Both the position numbers and the translations under genes were made by a program. 64,000 bases of DNA from an uncultured Alphaproteobacteria bacterium (GTDB taxonomy: Bacteria > Pseudomonadota > Alphaproteobacteria > Rs-D84). Under the pieces are notes generated by a model. The model did not search any database, was not told the DNA's origin, and saw only the letters and a list, made by a program, of their open reading frames with translations. Positions 36,290 to 44,623 of this stretch are shown here, one piece after another. The stretch is from the NCBI GenBank assembly GCA_937903135.1, contig CALDAH010000016.1, positions 774-64,773 of the forward strand, given 5' to 3'. Every line of letters begins with the position of its first letter. Position 1 is the stretch's first letter.

Positions 36290-36913
36290 TTAATCAATAT
36301 TTGTATATTCACAGAACCCTTCGTTCGTATCACAGCGGGCCGCGATACCTTCGCTGATAAAATATCCGCGTTCATGTAAACATGCCGAACATACCTCTGG
36401 CGCTTCGGTGCCGATATGCCAATTGCCGCAGTTTGTGCAACGCCACATAACAATTTTATCCTGTTTAAACAATGTGCCGTTTTCAATCGCTTCGGCCAAT
36501 GCACGAAAACGTGATTCGTGATAGCGTTCCGCATAACCGATGTTTTTAAATATATCCGCGATTGCATCAAAACCTTCCTGGGCGGCGATTTGCGCGAATT
36601 TCGGATACATTTCAGTGTTTTCTTCGTTTTCACCGTACGCAGACGCTTTTAAATTTTCCAGCGTAGTACCGATTTTACCGGCCGGGAATGACGCTGTGAT
36701 TTCCAGCATTCCCCCTTCTAGGAACTTAAACAGGCGTGATGCGTGTTCTTTTTCATGATCAGCGGTTTCCAGAAATATTTTTGCGATCGCCTGATAGCCT
36801 TCGTTCTTGGCCTTGGACGCGAAGAAAGTATAACGATTGCGCGCCTGGGATTCACCGGCAAATGCGATTAGCAAATTTTTTTCTGTCTGTGTACCTTTCA
36901 ATGATATTGACAT
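36290..36913 (-). CDS. rbr: Rubrerythrin
   Basis: LKGTQTEKNLLIAFAGESQARNRYTFF, ADHEKEHA (ExxH), and a C-terminal rubredoxin-like CTNCG...CSAC. About 25 extra C-terminal residues. Confidence 0.9.
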   Translation of the reverse strand: MSISLKGTQTEKNLLIAFAGESQARNRYTFFASKAKNEGYQAIAKIFLETADHEKEHASRLFKFLEGGMLEITASFPAGKIGTTLENLKASAYGENEENTEMYPKFAQIAAQEGFDAIADIFKNIGYAERYHESRFRALAEAIENGTLFKQDKIVMWRCTNCGNWHIGTEAPEVCSACLHERGYFISEGIAARCDTNEGFCEYTNID

Positions 36914-36993
36914 TGATTTTCTCCTTGTTGGTTAGTAGTTATTTCCAACCCGAATTTTATCAAAGAAAACTAAAAAAGCAATTATTTAAAAAC

Positions 36994-37263
36994 TTATCTG
37001 GTTTTGCCCGATTTAATTATTTCCATAAAACGATCACGGTGTGCCGCGAACATTACGCCCCCCAGGCTTTCGGCGGAGTCATAAAAGCTTTCACCGGCCG
37101 CATAATACGGGCCATAATTTGCAATAAAAGTTTTTCCATGCAAGAAAGACGACGAGCATTCAAAAAATCTATATTCGGGGTATTTTTCTTTTACCGCCAG
37201 GGGGATTGGCAGCTCGCGCTTTAATATATATGTAACGTTATCAATTTTTAATGATTGTGGCAC
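36994..37263 (-). CDS. Hypothetical protein (89 aa) translationally coupled to obg
   Basis: GTG start 2 nt after the obg stop, with AAGGA 6 nt upstream. No family recognised. Confidence 0.4.
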   Translation of the reverse strand: MPQSLKIDNVTYILKRELPIPLAVKEKYPEYRFFECSSSFLHGKTFIANYGPYYAAGESFYDSAESLGGVMFAAHRDRFMEIIKSGKTR

Positions 37264-37265
37264 TA

Positions 37266-38297
<1,032 letters not shown>

Positions 38298-38312
38298 TTA
38301 TAACTTAAAAAC

Positions 38313-38341
38313 TTGCAATTTCCAGCAGGAATATTTATAAT
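38313..38341 (+). promoter_or_regulatory. Sigma70-like promoter TTGCAA-17 nt-TATAAT of the tmRNA gene
   Basis: TTGCAA 38313-38318, 17-nt spacer, TATAAT 38336-38341. Confidence 0.55.
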
Positions 38342-38384
38342 ATTTATGTCACATTAGTGATGATGATTCTGAATCCGTTGTGCA

Positions 38385-38662
38385 ATAGTCATTTTGGACC
38401 CGGGGGCGGTACCCGGCACCTCCACCAATAAAACATACGGGGGTGTACCAGATTCGACAGATGATAAAAGACAAATTGGGTGAATCCGACATGGTGTCGT
38501 TAAAAACCGACTAAAAACTGAATGGCGATAGAATCGCTGCGAACGACAATGTTCGCTTTGCAATGGCTGCCTAATACGGCATCGGATATAACTGGCAATT
38601 GTTGGTTGTATTCACTTTAAGCTATTGCGGGGTGCGCCCGAGCCCGGCAACAGAAATCGGGT
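38385..38662 (+). ncRNA. ssrA: Two-piece (circularly permuted) tmRNA: acceptor piece, then coding piece; ends approximate
   Basis: The acceptor piece ends ...GGACCCGGGGGCGGTACCCGGCACCTCCACCA at 38427. The coding piece starts GGGGGTGTACCAGATTCGACAG at 38439. Its GGGGGTG pairs with CACCTCC, giving G3-U70. Tag ORF GCG AAC GAC AAT GTT CGC TTT GCA ATG GCT GCC TAA encodes ANDNVRFAMAA (38539-38574). GCAATAG (about 38391) pairs with CTATTGC (38622-38628). Confidence 0.85.
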
Positions 38663-38694
38663 ACTTATTTAAAATATAATAAAAAGGCATAAAA

Positions 38695-38928
38695 ATGTTT
38701 GGAAAAGTAAAAAAAGTATTCTTTACAAGTGTATTCGGGTTGTTATACGTATCATTTATCGCCCAGGCCGTATATATTATCGGTTGGGTTGCAAGCTTTG
38801 AAAACAAGCTTCTGTATCTGGCACTGTTATCGTTTGAATGGCTGGTTTTAATTGCCGCACGTTATTTATCAAAACGTTCCAGCAATAACGCACAGTATAA
38901 CGGTTATAATAATAACCGCCGTCGTTAA
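38695..38928 (+). CDS. Small two-TM membrane protein (77 aa), hypothetical
   Basis: Two hydrophobic segments and a basic/Asn-rich tail. Followed by a clean terminator. Confidence 0.5.
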   Translation: MFGKVKKVFFTSVFGLLYVSFIAQAVYIIGWVASFENKLLYLALLSFEWLVLIAARYLSKRSSNNAQYNGYNNNRRR

Positions 38929-38947
38929 TACGCTGCACGTTTTATAT

Positions 38948-38973
38948 AATCCCCAATTTCGGGGATTTTTTTA
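38948..38973 (+). terminator. Intrinsic terminator
   Basis: AATCCCC-AATTTC-GGGGATT followed by TTTTT. Confidence 0.75.
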
Positions 38974-39023
38974 TTATTTTATTATCTTGAAATGTTATTT
39001 AAATGTCTTATATTTATTAGGCT

Positions 39024-40781
39024 ATGAAAGAATATATATTACCCGTTCGTGATTTAGTCGTTCACCCCGGATTAACTGTACCGGTATTTATTGAAAATAC
39101 CCTGTCGGTTGCATGTATTGATGCCGCCATGAAATCCGGACAAAAGATTGTATTGGCCGCCCAGCACAGCTGGGGATACCCGACCACGCCGAATGATTTA
39201 TATAACGTCGGCACAATCGGCGATATCGCCCAGGTTCTGCGTATGCCCGATGGTGCGGTACACGCAATTATTCGCACAACATCTGCGGTCGCATTATCTG
39301 ATATAACCATTGAAAACGGTATATTTTCTGCAACGGCCGAAAATATTGACGTAGAAAACGACAGCGAATTTGAACAGACGATCGCCCTGCGCGATAAAAT
39401 CGCTGATAATATGCAGCTGCTATCGGTCGCACGAAAGTTTAAGATGGATAAACTGCGCAGTGTCGTTCAGAACTATCCGCTGCCGGCGTTTGTTGATTCC
39501 GTAATTCAAATGGCCGATATTGAAACAGATATCGCGATAAAGGTTTTATCCGCCCGAACATGGCGTGAAAAATTAGTAATATTGCTGGAACAGATTAACC
39601 TGATCCTGGAAACCACAAAAATAGAAGACGCGATTAACCGCCGTATTCAACAACAGATGGAATCCGGTCGCCGCGAGGCGATATTACAAGAAAAGATGCG
39701 CGCAATTCAAAAAGAAATGGGTGAGGATACCGAAGAAGCAGATTCTGAAAACATGCGCCGGCGAATTGAAAAATCTGCCATGCCGGCCGACGCCAAAGAA
39801 AAGGCAATGACCGAATGGAAACGCATGCGATCAATGTCGCCGATGTCAAACGACAGCGCGTTATTAAAGGCATACCTTGACGAGCTGTTGTCCATGCCAT
39901 GGAGTAAATCGGATAAAAAATCAATTGAACTGCAGCATGCACGTGACGTATTAAATCGCGACCATTCCGGTATGGATGCGGTAAAGGAACGCATACTGGA
40001 ACACATCGCCGTTATGAAAAAAACGGGGAAAAACCAAGGTACAATTTTATGTTTTGTTGGCGCGCCGGGCGTTGGAAAAACGTCGCTGGGCAAATCCATT
40101 GCCACGGCCCTGGGGCGTAAATATCACCGTATATCACTCGGCGGGATTTCAGACGAGGCACATTTTCGCGGCCATCGTAAAACATATATCGGGGCTCAGA
40201 CGGGACGTATTATGGATGCCCTTAAACGGTGCAAGGCCGATAACCCCGTTATCGTTCTGGACGAGATTGATAAAATGGGACGCGATTATCGCGGCGACCC
40301 TGAGGCGGCGTTGCTGGAAATCCTTGACCCAGAGCAGAATAAAACATTCCGCGATCATTATCTTGAGGTGGATTTTGACCTGTCCCGGGTTGTATTTGTC
40401 GCGACCGCGAATAGCTTAAATCTATCAAACGCGCTAAAGGATCGTATGGAGATTATTGAAATCCCCGGATACAGCACCGAAGAAAAGGTTCGTATTGCCC
40501 GTGAGCATCTGATTTCCCGCGCGGCAAACGATACCGGATGGAATATGGATAATATAATAATCAGCGACGATGCAATACGTCATATTATTCAGAAATATAC
40601 ATCCGAACAGGGTGTCCGTGAACTCCAGCGCGAGATTACGGCGATACTGCGACGCGCCCTGCTGCAAAACGACGGCGAGGATATTAAAACAGAATTTTCA
40701 CTTGAGAAAATTGATGATTTATTATCTGTACGTAAATCTGCCGGATTTAATAAAAAAATCGGCTTTGGCATTCGTATATAA
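39024..40781 (+). CDS. Lon-like protein: LON N-domain plus AAA+ module, no S16 protease domain (585 aa)
   Basis: ILPVRDLVVHPGLTVPVFI (LON N-domain), GAPGVGKTSLGKSIA Walker A, VIVLDEIDKM Walker B, GVRELQREI sensor-2 region. The ORF stops about 45 aa later. No GPSAG/K dyad region in any frame downstream. Confidence 0.85.
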   Translation: MKEYILPVRDLVVHPGLTVPVFIENTLSVACIDAAMKSGQKIVLAAQHSWGYPTTPNDLYNVGTIGDIAQVLRMPDGAVHAIIRTTSAVALSDITIENGIFSATAENIDVENDSEFEQTIALRDKIADNMQLLSVARKFKMDKLRSVVQNYPLPAFVDSVIQMADIETDIAIKVLSARTWREKLVILLEQINLILETTKIEDAINRRIQQQMESGRREAILQEKMRAIQKEMGEDTEEADSENMRRRIEKSAMPADAKEKAMTEWKRMRSMSPMSNDSALLKAYLDELLSMPWSKSDKKSIELQHARDVLNRDHSGMDAVKERILEHIAVMKKTGKNQGTILCFVGAPGVGKTSLGKSIATALGRKYHRISLGGISDEAHFRGHRKTYIGAQTGRIMDALKRCKADNPVIVLDEIDKMGRDYRGDPEAALLEILDPEQNKTFRDHYLEVDFDLSRVVFVATANSLNLSNALKDRMEIIEIPGYSTEEKVRIAREHLISRAANDTGWNMDNIIISDDAIRHIIQKYTSEQGVRELQREITAILRRALLQNDGEDIKTEFSLEKIDDLLSVRKSAGFNKKIGFGIRI

Positions 40782-40793
40782 AAAGGATTTAAG

Positions 40794-41129
40794 ATGTTCC
40801 CAATAAAACAAGTAATGTTATTTAATGAAATTACCAATATGAAATTTAGCCCAGATAAAAGACATCAAACAACAAACAACGGTGCGTCAACAGAATTTCG
40901 CTACTATGGTTCTGGGCTGACCATGACCATAACACGGTATGAAAGTTCCAGTATGTTTAAAAACACGATATCATACCGGGCTGTGATTGTAAACAACGGC
41001 GGGTTAAAAAACGTTTCCAAGTCATATAAAAACAATGGAATATTCGCCAGAAAGCTATTCCAGCACTACAGCGACAGAGAAATTATGATTCGCACGCCCA
41101 TGTTCCCACTATTAAACCGATCAAGATAA
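40794..41129 (+). CDS. Hypothetical protein (111 aa), AT-rich
   Basis: Listed ORF with no family recognised. Shares a Y..(N/Y)xG(I/K)FAR(K/Q) patch with the next ORF. Confidence 0.4.
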   Translation: MFPIKQVMLFNEITNMKFSPDKRHQTTNNGASTEFRYYGSGLTMTITRYESSSMFKNTISYRAVIVNNGGLKNVSKSYKNNGIFARKLFQHYSDREIMIRTPMFPLLNRSR

Positions 41130-41140
41130 AGAGAAGAAAA

Positions 41141-41422
41141 ATGGACATACGTAAAAAAAATATTCAAAACCAAATACGCAATAGCAAAACTTTGATACGG
41201 TATAAAGTTTGCAGCTATGATGAAATCTATATTTTCAAAGATGATAATTATTATATTGAATCTTTATACCGTCATCCTGTTTATGACGGGGAAGGTTCTT
41301 ATAATTTGTTAACAATATCAACGGATGAAAAAAACGCATACACAGAATATAGCGGTAAATTTGCACGTCAGACACATAAATTATTAGAAGAAAAATTCCA
41401 TCATCAGGAAAAAACAAAATGA
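41141..41422 (+). CDS. Hypothetical protein (93 aa), AT-rich
   Basis: Listed ORF whose stop overlaps the tsaB start (ATGA at 41419). No family recognised. Confidence 0.4.
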   Translation: MDIRKKNIQNQIRNSKTLIRYKVCSYDEIYIFKDDNYYIESLYRHPVYDGEGSYNLLTISTDEKNAYTEYSGKFARQTHKLLEEKFHHQEKTK

Positions 41423-41961
41423 TTTTAATCATAAATACGTCCGGAACAGGCATAGAGTTTGTTCTGGGCGATAAATATTTACATATTGACGCCGAAAAGC
41501 AATCTATTGCCCTGCCCGCGGCCGCCGAAGAGTTTATAAAACAATCCGGTATTCAGTGGACAGATCTAACCGCAATCGGCGTCGTTACAGGCCCGGGCAG
41601 CTTTACCGGCATACGCTTAGGTATTGCATACGCCAAGGGTTTGGGGCTGGGGTTAAATATCCCGGTCGTTCCGGTAAATGCATTTGAATTATATATGGCT
41701 GCAACGCCTGATGCGTTTGTTGCAATTGATTCCGGACGTGGTGATTTCTTTGTTGCGTCCGAACATACTGCGCCATGTACAATGACAATTGATGAACTGG
41801 AAACACGTCAGATGGAATGTCCGCGAACCGTAGGCCATATTCCATTTGATTTAAAACACGCCACAGGTATCGTCGCAAATAAACTGGCCGCGGGTAATAC
41901 CGAACCGGTTGTTCCGATGTATCTGCGGCCAAGCTATGCGGAAACAAATAAAAAATGTTAA
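41419..41961 (+). CDS. tsaB: tRNA threonylcarbamoyladenosine biosynthesis protein TsaB
   Basis: ILIINTSG..., GVVTGPGSFTGIRLGIAYAKGL. Confidence 0.85.
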   Translation: MILIINTSGTGIEFVLGDKYLHIDAEKQSIALPAAAEEFIKQSGIQWTDLTAIGVVTGPGSFTGIRLGIAYAKGLGLGLNIPVVPVNAFELYMAATPDAFVAIDSGRGDFFVASEHTAPCTMTIDELETRQMECPRTVGHIPFDLKHATGIVANKLAAGNTEPVVPMYLRPSYAETNKKC

Positions 41962-42386
41962 ACGAACTGGCCGAACTTCACAGCAAATGCTTTCCCAGCA
42001 AACCATGGGCGGCGGATGATTTCAGTGCACTGAAAAAATCCGGCTGTGATATTATCGCCAGTCAAAACGGTTTTATTGTTTATCGCGTTATTATAGATGA
42101 GGCGGAAATTATAACAATCGGCGTTCACCCAGATGCACGTCGCAGCGGTATCGCCGCGGCAATGCTGGGAATTATGGAAAACGATTTAAAAAAACGCGGG
42201 GTAAAAAATATATTCTTAGAGGTTGCTGAAAATAACACACCAGCGATTGGTTTATACCAACAAAATGGTTTCGTTAAATGCGGCAAACGTCCAAAGTATT
42301 ATGACGGCATTGATGCAATATTAATGACGAAAAACATTTCCCAGGAGGAATATAATGACCCGCACCCCGGATCTGCTGTTTCATAG
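41955..42386 (+). CDS. rimI: GNAT N-acetyltransferase, RimI-like
   Basis: IGVHPDARRSGIAAAML...LEVAENNTPAIGLYQQNGF. Follows tsaB as in many bacteria. Confidence 0.8.
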   Translation: MLNELAELHSKCFPSKPWAADDFSALKKSGCDIIASQNGFIVYRVIIDEAEIITIGVHPDARRSGIAAAMLGIMENDLKKRGVKNIFLEVAENNTPAIGLYQQNGFVKCGKRPKYYDGIDAILMTKNISQEEYNDPHPGSAVS

Positions 42387-43095
42387 TGGTCATCGGCAAC
42401 GCCTGACTAAAAAATTCTTAGATAACAAAGCCACTGATTATGAGTTATTGGAACTGTTATTAACATTTGGCATGGCCCGTCGTGATATGCGACCGCTGTC
42501 ACGATTATTAATTAAAACATTCGGCAGCTATCACCAGGTTTTATCCGCCCCACGCGATAGGTTACTTGAGGTTCATGGCGTCGGACCGCGCCTGGCAACG
42601 CTTATACAGCTTGCCCATCAGTCTGCAATAATTGAATGTCGTGGCCGCTTAGATTCACAGCCTGTATTTCACGACGAACGGTCGTTGGCAAATTATTGCA
42701 AGCTTAACCTGGCCGGGAAAAACGTAGAAGAATTTCACGTTTTATATCTGGACAAAGACAACCGATTAATTATGGACGACCTGCATACCATCGGAACAGT
42801 TGATTCTGCCACAATATACCCGCGTGAGATTTTACGACGCGGACTATACCTGAATGCTGTAAATGTTATATTGGTTCACAATCACCCCAGCGAATGTGTA
42901 TCTTTTTCAAAAGATGATATTATTTGCACCGAACATATCGTTCGCAAGCTGGCCGAAAACGATATCGGATTTTATGATCATTATTTAGTATCGGGAACAA
43001 TGGTATATTCCATGATTAACTGTAACCTGTTAAATAAATCAGATATAGTTAAACAGACGCGCCAACAAAATCCAGTACACGATTATCAAATATAA
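42355..43095 (+). CDS. radC: RadC-family JAMM protein
   Basis: GHRQRLTKKFL...LLELLLTFG N-terminal HhH region. C-terminal ILVHNHPSE JAMM motif. Confidence 0.9.
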   Translation: MTRTPDLLFHSGHRQRLTKKFLDNKATDYELLELLLTFGMARRDMRPLSRLLIKTFGSYHQVLSAPRDRLLEVHGVGPRLATLIQLAHQSAIIECRGRLDSQPVFHDERSLANYCKLNLAGKNVEEFHVLYLDKDNRLIMDDLHTIGTVDSATIYPREILRRGLYLNAVNVILVHNHPSECVSFSKDDIICTEHIVRKLAENDIGFYDHYLVSGTMVYSMINCNLLNKSDIVKQTRQQNPVHDYQI

Positions 43096-44323
43096 CGTCA
43101 CGCGGCCGCAGCCCGGTTGCGATATGAATATCGGCCGCACAACGCGTTCGGGATAATGCAACGTACGTCTGGCCGTGGGCAAACGCCCCGCGCGATATAT
43201 CCACAACAACCGCATCCAGTGTTTTCCCCTGGGACTTATGAATTGTCATCGCATACCCCAGGGCCAGCGGAAATTGTTTATATGCCCCGACCTCGTTTTC
43301 AACCAGATGATCATGATCATCACGCGCGTATTCTATTTTAGACCACTTTTCAGGCTTTACCGTAACAACATCACGCGACGTGTTTAATAGCTCCACAGTA
43401 ATCTCACGCGGGCCAAGGCTTTTTATAACCCCCATTGACCCGTTATGCCATTTATCAGAATTCTTTACAAAAACAACCAACGCCCCGGGCTTTAACGTTA
43501 AGTTTAATGGCGCGGGAACATCGCGTTCAGGGAATGTCCCGCTAAGTTCGCCATTATATACCACCTCGGGCGCATTGATTTGATTAAGCCGTTCGGTATT
43601 AATACGATCCGCCACCGCACGAAACGGTGTTATAATCACAGCATTTGCCCTGCGTTCGGGATCATCAATCCGACAGTTATTAAAGAAATTCAATGCCGAT
43701 ATATCCCCCGACCGCAAACGCATTAGATTATCCAGCAGCGCACGATCACTTTGGCGATAAACCATATCAAAATTAAATGTTAAAAAATCGGCACGTTTAT
43801 ATGCATGGGAATCAAAGAAATAAGCATTTGAATATTCATATTCGCGGGCATAAAAATCCATTGCGTCGCGTGTTATAACGGGCGGCAGCTGAAACAAATC
43901 CCCGATGGCAACAACCTGAATTCCGCCGAACGGGGCGTTACTGTGTCGCGCAGCGCGCGCCAGGTAATCCATCGCATCCAATAAATCCGGCGCGACCATT
44001 GAAATCTCGTCAATAACCAAGACATCCGTCGCTAATAAAATATTTCGTGTTTTAGCCTTTAGCTTAACCAGATCCAACATAATAAAATCACGTGGCGGGA
44101 TTTGAAATAATGAATGAATTGTCTGGCCGCCGATATTCAGCGCAGATACAGCCGTCGGACACGCACAAACCACACGTTTATTCGTCGCAGACTTTAAATA
44201 ATTTATAAACGTAGACTTTCCCGTCCCCGCCTGCCCCATAATTAACAGATTAGAACTTGTTAATTCTATGGTATTAAACGCGGCCAGCTGTGTTTCATTT
44301 AATATCGGTGCAATAAGGCTCAT
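43049..44323 (-). CDS. PIF1/RecD-like superfamily-1 DNA helicase
   Basis: IMGQAGTGKSTFI Walker A, VLVIDEISMV Walker B, GGIQVVAIGDLFQLPPV, AMTIHKSQGKTLD, YVALSRTR. Confidence 0.85.
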   Translation of the reverse strand: MSLIAPILNETQLAAFNTIELTSSNLLIMGQAGTGKSTFINYLKSATNKRVVCACPTAVSALNIGGQTIHSLFQIPPRDFIMLDLVKLKAKTRNILLATDVLVIDEISMVAPDLLDAMDYLARAARHSNAPFGGIQVVAIGDLFQLPPVITRDAMDFYAREYEYSNAYFFDSHAYKRADFLTFNFDMVYRQSDRALLDNLMRLRSGDISALNFFNNCRIDDPERRANAVIITPFRAVADRINTERLNQINAPEVVYNGELSGTFPERDVPAPLNLTLKPGALVVFVKNSDKWHNGSMGVIKSLGPREITVELLNTSRDVVTVKPEKWSKIEYARDDHDHLVENEVGAYKQFPLALGYAMTIHKSQGKTLDAVVVDISRGAFAHGQTYVALSRTRCAADIHIATGLRPRDVIFDNRVLDFVGASV

Positions 44324-44426
44324 AGTCTATATATTTGCATAACATCTGATAAAAATAAAGAAGATATTAAAAATTTGCGAATTTTTGACTTGCAACAAAA
44401 CATAAATAATATATAATGCTGCCTGT

Positions 44427-44503
44427 GGGTTAGTAGCTCAGTTGGTTAGAGCGGAGCGCTCATAACGCTTTGGTCGTGGGTTCAAGTCCTACCTAACCCA
44501 CCA
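44427..44503 (+). tRNA. tRNA with CAU anticodon (elongator Met or lysidine-modified Ile2; not distinguishable here)
   Basis: GGGTTAGTAGCTCAGTTGGTTAGAGCGGAGCGCTCATAACGCTTTGGTCGTGGGTTCAAGTCCTACCTAACCCACCA. Anticodon loop CTCATAA, encoded CCA. Confidence 0.9.
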
Positions 44504-44517
44504 AAAAATAATTTTTG

Positions 44518-44540
44518 CACGCCAGTGGCGTGTTTTTTTA
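44518..44540 (+). terminator. Intrinsic terminator after the tRNA
   Basis: CACGCC-AGT-GGCGTG followed by TTTTTTT. Confidence 0.75.
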
Positions 44541-44623
44541 TATTTTAAAAACTTTATTGTTTATTTTTCTCTTGCGCGATATATGCGTTTTTTTCTATCA
44601 TTACCTATAAAAGAGAGGAAGAC

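Noticed and set aside
35820-36633. Minus-strand ORFs 35820..36158 and 36145..36633.
   Set aside because: The first runs across the leader region and tRNA-Ser(GCU). The second overlaps the tRNA and is out of frame within the rubrerythrin gene. Neither has protein-like features.
38354-38807. Minus-strand ORFs 38354..38563 and 38622..38807.
   Set aside because: They lie antisense to the tmRNA gene and to the small membrane-protein gene. The tmRNA signatures on the plus strand explain the region.
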